From: Minisyncoccota bacterium
GTDB lineage: Bacteria; Patescibacteriota; Minisyncoccia; Phycocordibacterales; CAJBRS01
Assembly (NCBI GenBank): GCA_035652395.1
Contig: DASRDX010000012.1
Span: forward strand, 96,778 to 160,777
Reading direction: 5' to 3'
DNA length: 64,000 nt
In this document: positions 1 through 9,306 of the stretch, in pieces
Layout: every line of letters starts with the position of its first letter
Position numbering within the stretch: position 1 is the first letter of the stretch
Notes under the pieces: generated by a model
Told to the model about the DNA's origin: nothing
The model's input: the letters and a program-made list of their open reading frames with translations, nothing else
The model's database searches: none
Made by a program: the position numbers and the translations under genes

Positions 1-64
1 TCGGGATCGAACCGAGGACCTTCTCCTTAAAAGGGAGCTGCTCTACCAGCTGAGCTACGGGCGG
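1..64 (-). tRNA. tRNA-Lys(UUU), 3' end cut off by window edge
   Basis: Reverse complement reads CCGCCCG TAGCTCAGCTGGTAGAGC, anticodon arm CTCC-CTTTTAA-GGAG, T-loop GGTTCGATCCC. Confidence 0.92.
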
Positions 65-132
65 AAATTATCTAGTTGCGAATAAATCCGCACAGATTGA
101 AAAAATATATCAAAATTCGGCTAAAAGTCTAT

Positions 133-795
133 TTAAATTTCCAGAATGAATTTTTCCAGAGCAAGATCAAAGTCGAAGAGACCGCGATGAGCATTGTGGT
201 AAATTGAAACCATTTTAGCCGCGAGGGTTCCGAGTTCGGTCGCGCCATATTTGGAGGCGCGACCGACTTTTCCGGAAAGCATCATTTGCTTCAATTTCCA
301 CCAGAGAATGCCGTGGATTTCCTCTGGTGCGGCGTTCTTACGGGCTTCCTGATAAAGAATCCAGAGTTTGCGTTTATCTCGATATTCAAAAGGAAAGGTC
401 AAACTAAAGACGCTAAATTTCTCCTTTTTGGATTCTTTGGCGGCTGAAAAAACTTCCGTTTTTTCAGCCTTTTTCTCTATTCTAGTGGCAGTGACTTTGT
501 CTAACTTCCCTTCCAGCAAAATAAAAATGTGCGGGGATTCTTCCAAATCTTTCAAATTCTTTAAGACAAAATCTTTGGCTTCCTCATTCTCAAAAACTCG
601 ATCCAAAACAACGATGTTTCGATTTTCAAATAAACCAATTGATTTCACTAATTCATCAAAACTTGCCGTATCCCAGTTTTCCGCATTAAATCGAAAAATC
701 GAAGCGTTAGGTTTTTTCTTCACCAGACTTTCCTGAAGTTCATCTCCTCTTTCCCGAGCTTTTTCAAAATCAGAGCCGTAAATCAAATAAAGCAT
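133..795 (-). CDS. holA: DNA polymerase III delta subunit-like protein (short form)
   Basis: MLYLIYGSD N-terminus, GLF motif, C-terminal LALEKFIL typical of HolA. Confidence 0.7.
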   Translation of the reverse strand: MLYLIYGSDFEKARERGDELQESLVKKKPNASIFRFNAENWDTASFDELVKSIGLFENRNIVVLDRVFENEEAKDFVLKNLKDLEESPHIFILLEGKLDKVTATRIEKKAEKTEVFSAAKESKKEKFSVFSLTFPFEYRDKRKLWILYQEARKNAAPEEIHGILWWKLKQMMLSGKVGRASKYGATELGTLAAKMVSIYHNAHRGLFDFDLALEKFILEI

Positions 796-845
796 AAGAT
801 TATTATAAACCGCTTAAAATAAAAACCGAAACAAAAGTTTCGGCG

Positions 846-1271
846 CTATTGTCTATTTACCCGACGATTAATTATATCGGGTAAATGCTCCTCAAGAGTT
901 CGCTCGGAAACGCTGACGGCCGCCCTCCCATGCATTTGAAGATAGGCAGTTAGTCTGCTCGGAGAAAATCCGACGAAGATGAATGACGGTTTCAAATCAA
1001 TCTCTCTTTTGTTCAAATCGTAGAGGAGATGAGGTAAGCCGTATTCAGGGCTGTCCGTATCGTTTGCCACTACCACCGCTTTCAAATTGGGAAAAGGGGT
1101 GGCGCCTTCGATTGGACGAATGAAATCGACTAGTGACTCCGGATGAGAATGGGGTCTTACTTTAAGAGTTGGTTTTTGACCTAGCCCAAGCTTTACTGCC
1201 GACAAAATCCTTTTATGATTCTCGGGGTTGGCCGCCACTACCACCACTTGAACGTTGTCATCCATATTCAT
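846..1271 (-). CDS. hypothetical protein, possible degenerate receiver (CheY-like) fold
   Basis: 141-aa ORF with alternating beta/alpha pattern (VQVVVVA...KAVVVAND...FIFVG); fold is inference. Confidence 0.5.
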   Translation of the reverse strand: MNMDDNVQVVVVAANPENHKRILSAVKLGLGQKPTLKVRPHSHPESLVDFIRPIEGATPFPNLKAVVVANDTDSPEYGLPHLLYDLNKREIDLKPSFIFVGFSPSRLTAYLQMHGRAAVSVSERTLEEHLPDIINRRVNRQ

Positions 1272-1330
1272 ATTCTGGAGCGACTATAACATAGGGTTAA
1301 AAAAATAAAAGCTCCCTCAGGAGCTGTGTA

Positions 1331-1747
1331 TTAATTTGCAGGCAGTTTTTGCAAAAATTCGCAAAACAGATTTGGTAAGTCATATTCTGCCATCGTTTGA
1401 AATCTGCCTTCGTATTTGTTTTTCAGCTCCTCACTTTGAATCCGCCACTTGGTACCCCCAACCAAGAAAATGGTTGGCTTTGGCAGCTGCCGATAAAAAA
1501 GTGTGAGACTTTGAATTAAGCTGGCTACATCATAACCAGTGGTTGTCATATTTTCATGCATGATCACCACGGCAAAAGGTTGGTGCGTAGAGAGAACGTG
1601 GTCAATGTCTCCTTTTATGGAATTGTCGTCGAGAAGCCAAATATATCGGTAATCGAACCCAATTTTATTGAGTACCTCTTCCGCACTCCTAAGTAAAGCG
1701 TCATATCGAATAGCTGAGCGGTCAATAAAAAGAACATGGATTTTCAT
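1331..1747 (-). CDS. hypothetical protein, possible degenerate receiver (CheY-like) fold
   Basis: 138 aa; HVLFIDR...PFAVVIMHENM...GYDVA...PTIFLVGG resembles REC topology without the phospho-acceptor Asp. Confidence 0.5.
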   Translation of the reverse strand: MKIHVLFIDRSAIRYDALLRSAEEVLNKIGFDYRYIWLLDDNSIKGDIDHVLSTHQPFAVVIMHENMTTTGYDVASLIQSLTLFYRQLPKPTIFLVGGTKWRIQSEELKNKYEGRFQTMAEYDLPNLFCEFLQKLPAN

Positions 1748-1774
1748 CTATCTCAGACCTTAGCACCTTTTTCC

Positions 1775-4231
1775 TTACTTTTCCATCTCTCCCCAATTGT
1801 TCCCCGCGGAGGCGTGGGCAACGATGGGTACTCCTTTAGTTTCCTTTGGTGAGATAATTCCTTCCATGATTTCCTTAATTTTTTTGGAAAGCTCGTCAAC
1901 CAATTCATTTTTAATCTCGTAAATTAATTCGTCATGCACCTGAAGCAGTAAATAAACTTTTTCTTCCCATTTGGAGCTTTTAATGTGCTCGTCAATCTGG
2001 CGCATTGCTATCTTAATAAGGTCAGCTTGGGTGCCCTGAATTGGCGCATTGATCGCCATCCGCTCGGCTTCTGCTTTGATGTAAGGCAGTTTGGAATTGA
2101 TGCCGGCAAAATAACGACGGCGGCCAAAAAGAGTCTCGGTGTATCCTAGCCGGGCCGCATCGGCCTTCACCTTATCCAAATACCAGGCTAGACCGGAATA
2201 ATTTCTAAAGTATTCATTGTAAAATTTCTGGGCCTCGTCTCGGGTGCCCCCTAGATTGGCCTTGAGAGCATTCACTCCCATACCATATAAAATCCCGAAG
2301 TTGATAACTTTGGCTTGTCGACGCATTTCGGCATTCACCATCTCAAGGGGCACGTTAAAAACTTGGGCTGCTACGGCCGTGTGAACATCCTGATTGGTTT
2401 TAAAAATTTCGATTAATTTGGGATCACCGGAAAGAATGGCGGCAATACGCAATTCTATTTGAGAATAATCAAAGGCCACTAATTTGTAACCTTTGTCCGC
2501 AATAAAAGCTTTCCGAATGTTGCGCCCAAGCTCGGATTTAATTGGGATATTCTGGAGATTAGGATTGTTCGAAGACATGCGTCCAGTAGCGGCGCCTGTT
2601 TGAGAAAAAGTTGAATGAAGGCGATCGTCTTCGTCAGCCAAAACCGGAATAGTATCAATATAGGTGGAGAGTAATTTCTGGAGTTCGCGATGCTTTAATA
2701 TCAAGCCGATGATCGGATGAAGCTCCTGCATTTTTAGAAGCTCTGATTCCCGAGTGGAGCGGGCTCCGCCGGCAGTCTTTTTAATATTTTTAGCTTTCAA
2801 AGCCAACTTGTCGTAGAGAACCGTGCCGAGCTGCTTTGGCGAATTAATATTGAATTCTTCACCGGCTTCCTTCCAAATTTTCTTCTCAAGTTTGGCCAGC
2901 TCCTGATGATAGCTTTTGCTTAAGTCATATAAATAAGTGCGATTGATTTTTATCCCGCGTTTCTCCATTCGTTCAATAATCGGAATGAGTGGCAACTCAA
3001 TTTCTTCATAAACCTTTTCCAGTTTTCTTTTGCGGATTTCGCCGAGAATAATTTCGGCGGCTTTGGCGAAGGACTTGGTCTTAGCGAAATGAAGAACGTC
3101 ATCAAGAGTCGGATTAGTGAGATTGGAATCGAGAACCCATAGAGCCAAAGTCACCCTTTTTAGTTCGGCCCGATCGATCGGTTCGTCAAAAGCTTCATTG
3201 AGACTTGATTGAGTTGGTGATGAAGAGGAAGGAGCATCTGTTGGATCATAAGTGGCTGATTGAGATTTTGTTTGGCCACCTTTCGGACCCCCACTTAAAA
3301 CCTCCTTTAATCGAGCACTTAATGTTCTGAATTCCAGATCGCGGAAAAGGGTTTCGATTTTATCCAGATCGACTGATTCTGTCCAAGTTTTTGACGGCAA
3401 CTTAAATTCAATTGGAGCGTCTCGTCGAATCGTGGCCAGCATCTTGCTAAAGAGGGCTTCCTCTTTTCCTTCCCTTAAAAGCTTGATAATGCGATCAGTT
3501 AAACCGGCTTTTTTAAATTTCTCATCGCCTTGTTCCAGTTCTTTATAAATATTTTCAACGGTGCCGAATTGCTGAATTAAAATGGTGGCGGTTTTTTCGC
3601 CAATGCCGGCAATTCCGATAATATTGTCCGACGGATCTCCGCGTAATCCTTTGTAGTCTGCTAGAAGTGCTGGCGGAAAGCCGAAGCGCTCTTCCACTTT
3701 TTTCTGGTCGTACATGACTGTATCCGTCAGTCCCTTGCGTAGAGTGAAAACTTGTACATCTTTCCCTCTTACTAGCTGCAAAGTGTCCATGTCGCCCGAA
3801 GCAATGACGACGCAAACTCCAGAAATATCTTTGACTTCCTCAACGATAGTGCCGATGACGTCGTCGGCTTCAAAACCGGCCTTATCATAAATAGGAATAT
3901 TAAAAGCTTCAAAAATATCTCGCGAACGAGTCATTTGGGAAACCAGCTCCGGATCGGCTTTTTTACGCCCGGCTTTGTAAGCTTCATAAGCCTGGTGTCG
4001 ATAGGTCGGTTCAGGCAAATCATAAGCCGCTATTAAATAATCCGGTTTCAAATCCTGGATGATACGAATGAGCATGGTGGAAATTCCATACAGTCCGCCA
4101 GTCGCTTCCCCTTTGCTGGAAGCAAAATCCGGCAGCGCGTGATAGGCCCGATGTAAGATGGCGTGCGCATCCAACAAAACCAGTCGCTGGTTTTCCATTT
4201 TCACTTTTTCCGTTTTCGGAGCTTTTGGCAT
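1775..4231 (-). CDS. polA: DNA polymerase I
   Basis: 5'-3' exonuclease motifs (LLDAHAILHRAYHA, EADD, GDPSDNI); Pol A motifs DYSQIELR, AKVINFGILYG, LQVHDEL. Confidence 0.97.
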   Translation of the reverse strand: MPKAPKTEKVKMENQRLVLLDAHAILHRAYHALPDFASSKGEATGGLYGISTMLIRIIQDLKPDYLIAAYDLPEPTYRHQAYEAYKAGRKKADPELVSQMTRSRDIFEAFNIPIYDKAGFEADDVIGTIVEEVKDISGVCVVIASGDMDTLQLVRGKDVQVFTLRKGLTDTVMYDQKKVEERFGFPPALLADYKGLRGDPSDNIIGIAGIGEKTATILIQQFGTVENIYKELEQGDEKFKKAGLTDRIIKLLREGKEEALFSKMLATIRRDAPIEFKLPSKTWTESVDLDKIETLFRDLEFRTLSARLKEVLSGGPKGGQTKSQSATYDPTDAPSSSSPTQSSLNEAFDEPIDRAELKRVTLALWVLDSNLTNPTLDDVLHFAKTKSFAKAAEIILGEIRKRKLEKVYEEIELPLIPIIERMEKRGIKINRTYLYDLSKSYHQELAKLEKKIWKEAGEEFNINSPKQLGTVLYDKLALKAKNIKKTAGGARSTRESELLKMQELHPIIGLILKHRELQKLLSTYIDTIPVLADEDDRLHSTFSQTGAATGRMSSNNPNLQNIPIKSELGRNIRKAFIADKGYKLVAFDYSQIELRIAAILSGDPKLIEIFKTNQDVHTAVAAQVFNVPLEMVNAEMRRQAKVINFGILYGMGVNALKANLGGTRDEAQKFYNEYFRNYSGLAWYLDKVKADAARLGYTETLFGRRRYFAGINSKLPYIKAEAERMAINAPIQGTQADLIKIAMRQIDEHIKSSKWEEKVYLLLQVHDELIYEIKNELVDELSKKIKEIMEGIISPKETKGVPIVAHASAGNNWGEMEK

Positions 4232-4672
4232 TTAATACTTTATTTCTCGAGTATTTTCGTCAATAAACTTAAAATAAATCTTTTGATAATTTTTGGGCAA
4301 GGCGCTTTCCACGTTCTTCGACCATTCTATTAATACCAGATTTTTGGGGTCAGCTGCTATTTCCTCAAAATTCAACTTCATTAATTCTTCGCCGTTCTGG
4401 AGGCGGTAAGCATCAATATGAATTAATTTATTCCATGTTGGATCGCCCGCGAGTTCATAATTTTTTTCAATCACGAAAGTCGGACTAGTCATAGATTCTC
4501 TGATTCCTAAGAGCCGACCCAGTGCCTGAACGAACGTAGTTTTGCCGGCACCCAAATCGCCTATTAAACCGGCGATTTGGGCGCCTTCCTCTCCCTTCAG
4601 ATCCCTCAAATAATCTAAAAACTTTTCCGCCACCACTCCAGTTTCATCCAAACTTCTACTGTCAATCTTCAT
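4232..4672 (-). CDS. tsaE: tRNA t6A biosynthesis ATPase TsaE
   Basis: GDLGAGKTT, SPTF, HIDAYRL, IEW motifs. Confidence 0.95.
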   Translation of the reverse strand: MKIDSRSLDETGVVAEKFLDYLRDLKGEEGAQIAGLIGDLGAGKTTFVQALGRLLGIRESMTSPTFVIEKNYELAGDPTWNKLIHIDAYRLQNGEELMKLNFEEIAADPKNLVLIEWSKNVESALPKNYQKIYFKFIDENTREIKY

Positions 4673-4712
4673 CTTGAAATATTAGCACGACCCTTAATCT
4701 ATCTAAATAAAA

Positions 4713-4744
4713 GAAAACGGCGAGTTCAAAAATGAACTCGCCGT
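4713..4744 (-). terminator. intrinsic terminator of the 4771..5643 gene
   Basis: ACGGCGAGTTC-N6-GAACTCGCCGT followed by a U-rich tract on the minus strand. Confidence 0.7.
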
Positions 4745-4770
4745 ACTGTCAGGATTCGAACCTGAAAGAT

Positions 4771-5643
4771 TTAACCTCGGCGTGGATGGCTACCGGGCGG
4801 TCTTTGCATTGGAGCATGTGGCGCCGATGCATAGTGATTGCCGCTGTTGATCTGATTACCGATGGCAACGGTGATACCGTTGAGGATCCCCCCGAACACA
4901 TTGCCCGAACCGTGCGAATTATATCCGCCGGGTCCCCCGCCGTAACCATAAGGTCTTGGCGGCGGGAACGAATTCGTGGCGTACGATTCGAATCGTCCAG
5001 AAGGTTGTTGCAGACTCGCGACATAAGCTTCCGCTTGCGCGTGCGTCATCTTCACTTCCCGGACATTGCCGTAGCAGTCATGGACGCGAACGATGACACA
5101 ATCAACCGGAGCCTTTCGCAGATGAATCTCGGCGTGGCGCGGTTGTGGCGGTGCGGGTTGTTCCTCCACAAAGGCAATCATGTTCTTGTACGCTTTGCCG
5201 TTACGCATGCATCCATCGATATAGATGGGCTGCTTGGTGGCTGTATCGTAGTAGATCATGGCCGAAGCGCTGAGCGGAACAATTTCCGCCTTGTGAAGCA
5301 TCTGGTTGTAGACCAGCCGCCCCGTCCATCCGAGCTCGGCTGCCGATTTGTATCCGAGCCCTTCCAGGCATTCAGGTCCGGTGTAAGGATGACGTCCTTT
5401 GAAAACGCTGAGCGGGGCATACCCTTGAGGGGTTCCGTAACGGCCACGGCTGACATCGGGTTTCGGCCGGTGAGAGTCGCGGGTCGTTGTGACGGTTGCG
5501 ATCGTCATGTTTTCGCTTGAATCGTTTTGCTCGGCCGAAAGACGGTCGAGTTCGGCCTGAAGCTTGTCTTCGTTGTTTTGGGCCTTGAGGTTATTGACGC
5601 TGGCAAGAGCCAGCAGACTGACAAAGAGCAGAAGCTGTTTCAT
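4771..5643 (-). CDS. secreted hypothetical protein with Gly/Pro-rich C-terminus
   Basis: Signal peptide MKQLLLFVSLLALAS; own promoter (TTGACT-16-TATAAT, 5692-5719) and terminator; visibly more GC-rich than neighbours. Confidence 0.7.
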   Translation of the reverse strand: MKQLLLFVSLLALASVNNLKAQNNEDKLQAELDRLSAEQNDSSENMTIATVTTTRDSHRPKPDVSRGRYGTPQGYAPLSVFKGRHPYTGPECLEGLGYKSAAELGWTGRLVYNQMLHKAEIVPLSASAMIYYDTATKQPIYIDGCMRNGKAYKNMIAFVEEQPAPPQPRHAEIHLRKAPVDCVIVRVHDCYGNVREVKMTHAQAEAYVASLQQPSGRFESYATNSFPPPRPYGYGGGPGGYNSHGSGNVFGGILNGITVAIGNQINSGNHYASAPHAPMQRPPGSHPRRG

Positions 5644-5805
5644 TTTTTCTTTCCGTGTTGAGGTTTACTGACGTGAAACTGACTTTTCTAGATTATATCA
5701 CTCCTAGAGAAAAAGTCAAGGAGGGCGGCTGAGGTCGCCAGCCGCCCTCCTTCAGCCCCTCCGCCTTTAAAACCCCCCTAAAAAAGGCTATTATTTACCT
5801 AATAA

Positions 5806-7488
5806 ATGGTTCAATTCAACGAAGAAAAACAGAAGGCTCGCCTGGCCGACCTGAAAAAGAGCGAAGAGGAAAAGCTGGCGGAAATCTTATCTGGAAAATA
5901 CGGCCTTCAGTACATTGATCTTTCTCGCATCACCATTAACACAGATGCCCTGCGTCTTATTCCGGAAGAAGCCGCCCGTCGCAATAAAATGGCTGTTTTT
6001 GATGTGGTTAATAAAAATATTCGAGTGGCCATTCAGACCCCGAACAATCCTTCAACGACTGAAACTTTAAATGAACTAAAAGAAAAAGGTTACTTCCCGA
6101 TCGTCTACATGGTTTCAACTGAAAGTTTGGAAAAAGCCTGGAGTCGTTACAAAGATCTTTCCTTCGCTCTTGAAACAAAGGCCGGCTCTCTGGATATTTC
6201 CAATCAGGAAATTGAAACTTTTCTGCATCAGGTAAACAGCATGCAGGATATTCAAAAATTAATTAATGAGGCTCTGACAATTAAGAAAACTTATCGTATC
6301 TCGCGCGTTTTAGTGATCATCATGGCCGGCGCGCTTTCCTTAAAAGCATCTGATGTTCATATCGAACCGGAAGAAGACCATACTCGCTTGCGCTATCGTC
6401 TGGATGGAGTCTTGGTAGACGTGCTGAATTTTGATAATGAAACTTATAATCTGCTCCTTTCGCGCATTAAACTCCTTTCCAACCTGAAATTAAATATTAA
6501 AGAAAATGCCCAAGACGGTCGTTTCAGTATTTTAGTTTCGGGAGACGAGATCGAAGTGCGTACTTCCGTTTTACCCGGAAATTATGGCGAGTCCATCGTG
6601 CTCCGTTTACTAAATCCAAAATCAATTACCGTGCCCCTTGAAGAACTGGGTATTGAACCGCGCCTTTTCAAAATTCTGGAGGCGGAAATTAACAAACCAA
6701 ACGGCATGATTCTAACCACCGGTCCGACCGGTTCCGGAAAGACCACCACCCTCTATTCTTTTATGCGCCGTATTTACAATCCGGAAATTAAAATTCTGAC
6801 TATTGAAGATCCCATCGAGTATCACTTGGCCGGCATTGTTCAGACGCAGGTAGAACCGAAGAAAGGCTACACCTTCGTTTCCGGATTAAGAGCGGCTCTT
6901 CGACAAGACCCTGATGTCATTATGGTTGGAGAAATTCGAGATGAAGAGACGGCCGAAATTGCCATTAATTCCTCTCTTACCGGTCACTTGGTATTCTCCA
7001 CCCTTCACACCAACGACGCCGCCGGTACTTATCCTCGTCTAATTGATCTCGGAGTAAATCCAAAAGTGCTCTCGTCGGCTATTAATGTTTCTATCGCTCA
7101 GCGTCTGGTGCGAGTGCTATGCCCTGTTTGTAAAAAAGAAGTGGCAGTTCCCGCCAGTACGAAAACCACTTTGGAAAAAGTAATTGCTTCAATTTATTTG
7201 GAAGAATTTCGAGTGCCGGTAAAAACTATGTATGAGCCGGTGGGCTGTTCGGAATGTCATCATCAAGGCTTTAAAGGCAGAATCGGAATTTTCGAAGCCA
7301 TTTTAACGGACGAAAAAATTGAACAAGTAGTCAAAGAAAACCCAAGCGAGCGAGAAATTAGAATCGCGGCGAGACCTCAAGGAATTTTAACTATGGAGCA
7401 GGACGGGGTGCTAAAAGTTTTGAAGGGCGTCACTTCTCTTTCCGAACTTGGCCGCGTGGTAAACATCGAACAGTATTTGAATCTGTAA
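5806..7488 (+). CDS. pilB: GspE/PilB-family type IV pilus assembly ATPase
   Basis: ASDVHIEP, GPTGSGKTTT, TIEDPIEY, LRQDPDVIMVGEIRD, STLHTND, CxxC...CxxC. Confidence 0.9.
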   Translation: MVQFNEEKQKARLADLKKSEEEKLAEILSGKYGLQYIDLSRITINTDALRLIPEEAARRNKMAVFDVVNKNIRVAIQTPNNPSTTETLNELKEKGYFPIVYMVSTESLEKAWSRYKDLSFALETKAGSLDISNQEIETFLHQVNSMQDIQKLINEALTIKKTYRISRVLVIIMAGALSLKASDVHIEPEEDHTRLRYRLDGVLVDVLNFDNETYNLLLSRIKLLSNLKLNIKENAQDGRFSILVSGDEIEVRTSVLPGNYGESIVLRLLNPKSITVPLEELGIEPRLFKILEAEINKPNGMILTTGPTGSGKTTTLYSFMRRIYNPEIKILTIEDPIEYHLAGIVQTQVEPKKGYTFVSGLRAALRQDPDVIMVGEIRDEETAEIAINSSLTGHLVFSTLHTNDAAGTYPRLIDLGVNPKVLSSAINVSIAQRLVRVLCPVCKKEVAVPASTKTTLEKVIASIYLEEFRVPVKTMYEPVGCSECHHQGFKGRIGIFEAILTDEKIEQVVKENPSEREIRIAARPQGILTMEQDGVLKVLKGVTSLSELGRVVNIEQYLNL

Positions 7489-7499
7489 TCACCGCAATA

Positions 7500-7528
7500 T
7501 TGACAATTCCTTTTATTTATGATAGGAT
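7500..7528 (+). promoter_or_regulatory. sigma70 promoter driving a non-coding region
   Basis: TTGACA(7500-7505)-17 nt-TAGGAT(7523-7528) with an extended -10 TG. Confidence 0.7.
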
Positions 7529-7534
7529 ATTGGA

Positions 7535-7790
7535 GAAAGTAATTTCTAAATCGACAATATAAATCTCTCAGCAATTAGCTCCGCAAGGAGCTACTGGTTC
7601 TTCTTAGAGGACACTCTGGTGCCTCTCTCCGAGAACAGCATCTAAGCAAGGAGAATAACCCAACCCTTCCAAAATGATGTTTTTGGAGAGGGGTTGCTGG
7701 TGTTATCCTTACAAGAAGTGCTTAACTTTTGATCACATTGAAAGCATTGCTGAGAGATTTATCTTGTCGATTTTCTATTTTCATCCTATT
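7535..7790 (+). ncRNA. candidate structured ncRNA of unknown family
   Basis: 28-bp closing stem 7548-7575/7746-7773 (1 mismatch) enclosing a GCAA-capped hairpin and two longer hairpins. Confidence 0.65.
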
Positions 7791-7890
7791 CAGCTAAAAA
7801 ATAACTGCAAGCTTTTCAGTGGGGAAAAGTTGTGTTCTGGTAAAGTGAGCGGTTAAAAAAGTCATCGGTTTTTTGTGTTATGCTTTTGTC

Positions 7891-8919
7891 ATGACAGAAA
7901 GTAAAGCGCCCGCTGGCGAAGAAAAAGTCTTTGTGGAAGATCAGGCCCTTGATCAGACTTTGCGGCCGACGAAATGGGCCGACTATGTTGGACAGGAGCC
8001 AATTAAACAAAATTTAAATATTCTTCTTTCAGCGGCTAAAGAAAGAAATCATCCACCTGAACACGTTTTATTCTACGGTCCGCCCGGTTTGGGCAAGACC
8101 ACTCTAGCGCACCTTATTTCCAAAGAAATTGGCGCCCAAATGAAGATTACTTCCGGCCCGGCCATTGAACGGGTTGGCGATTTGGCTTCCATTCTGACCA
8201 ATCTTTCAGCCGGCGACATTTTATTTATAGATGAAATTCATCGTCTTAATAAGGCGGTGGAGGAAATTCTTTATCCGGCCATGGAGTCGGGAGTTTTGGA
8301 TATTATTATCGGCAAGGGTCCGTCCGCTCGCACCATTCAGCTGGATTTGCCCCAATTCACTTTGATCGCGGCTACTACTCGAATTGCCCTACTCTCTTCC
8401 CCGCTTCGCTCTCGTTTCTCCGGTGGAGTTTTCCGTCTGGAGTTTTATACCGAAAAAGAAATCGAGGAAATTGTTCGACGCTCGGCTAAAATCTTAAAGA
8501 TTGATATTGATGAAGGAGCGATTAAAGAGATTGCCAAGCGCAGTCGCTTTACACCGCGAACCGCCAACTATCTCTTAAAACGCTGTCGCGATTATGCCCA
8601 AATCAAAAAGGTCACTCTTTCCAAAGAGATGGTGCTGGAGGCTCTGAAACTTCTCGGCATTGATGAAGTTGGGCTTTCCAATTCGGACCGACTGCTTCTC
8701 GAAACTATTATTAATAAATTCAGCGGCGGTCCGGTCGGTCTAAATACTTTGGCCGCCTCTCTCTCCGAGGAAGAGGCGACCATCGAAGAATTCAATGAGC
8801 CTTATCTCATTCAAATCGGTTTTTTGGAGAGAACGGCCCGCGGCCGCACAGCCACCCCTCGCGGCTACCAGCATTTAAAAGTTAAGATGCCTGATCACCT
8901 ACAGGAGAAACTCTTGTAG
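7891..8919 (+). CDS. ruvB: Holliday junction branch migration helicase RuvB
   Basis: LRP, YGPPGLGKTT, FIDEIHRL, GGPVGL motifs; start moved to ATG 7891 (TATGCT -10 lies 6 nt upstream). Confidence 0.97.
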   Translation: MTESKAPAGEEKVFVEDQALDQTLRPTKWADYVGQEPIKQNLNILLSAAKERNHPPEHVLFYGPPGLGKTTLAHLISKEIGAQMKITSGPAIERVGDLASILTNLSAGDILFIDEIHRLNKAVEEILYPAMESGVLDIIIGKGPSARTIQLDLPQFTLIAATTRIALLSSPLRSRFSGGVFRLEFYTEKEIEEIVRRSAKILKIDIDEGAIKEIAKRSRFTPRTANYLLKRCRDYAQIKKVTLSKEMVLEALKLLGIDEVGLSNSDRLLLETIINKFSGGPVGLNTLAASLSEEEATIEEFNEPYLIQIGFLERTARGRTATPRGYQHLKVKMPDHLQEKLL

Positions 8920-8958
8920 TTCGTAAGGTTTATAAGGTTATAAAGTTCATAAAGTATT

Positions 8959-9279
8959 ATGGAACCACAGCCGGGTTTTTATTATCACTACAAACATGAT
9001 TCGACGAAAGGCGTTTTTGATTATGCCTATGAAGTTTTAAATATCGGCCACCATACCGAAATTGAAGATTGGAAAGCCGGAGAGATGGTGGTTTATCGTC
9101 CACTTTATGAAAGTGCCCAAGTTTATCAATCCGGTAAACACTGGGATGTTCGGCCGCGAGCTATGTTTTTAGAATCGGTGATTAAAAACGATAAGACGTT
9201 CCCGCGTTTTCAAAAAATTACGGACTCAAAAATAATTTCCAAACTTGAAAATCAAGTTAAAAAATTATATAAAAACTAA
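8959..9279 (+). CDS. DUF1653-family protein
   Basis: GFYYHYK...YEV...HTE...VVYRPLY...WDVRPRAMF...PRF signature. Confidence 0.8.
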   Translation: MEPQPGFYYHYKHDSTKGVFDYAYEVLNIGHHTEIEDWKAGEMVVYRPLYESAQVYQSGKHWDVRPRAMFLESVIKNDKTFPRFQKITDSKIISKLENQVKKLYKN

Positions 9280-9306
9280 GCCTTTTACTTTTAACTTTTA
9301 ACTGAA

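Noticed and set aside
4732-5520. 262-aa + strand ORF
   Set aside because: Antisense shadow of 4771..5643, which has the signal peptide, promoter and terminator
7674-7856. 60-aa ORF in the pilB-ruvB gap
   Set aside because: Start is buried in a hairpin loop, no ribosome-binding site, implausible composition
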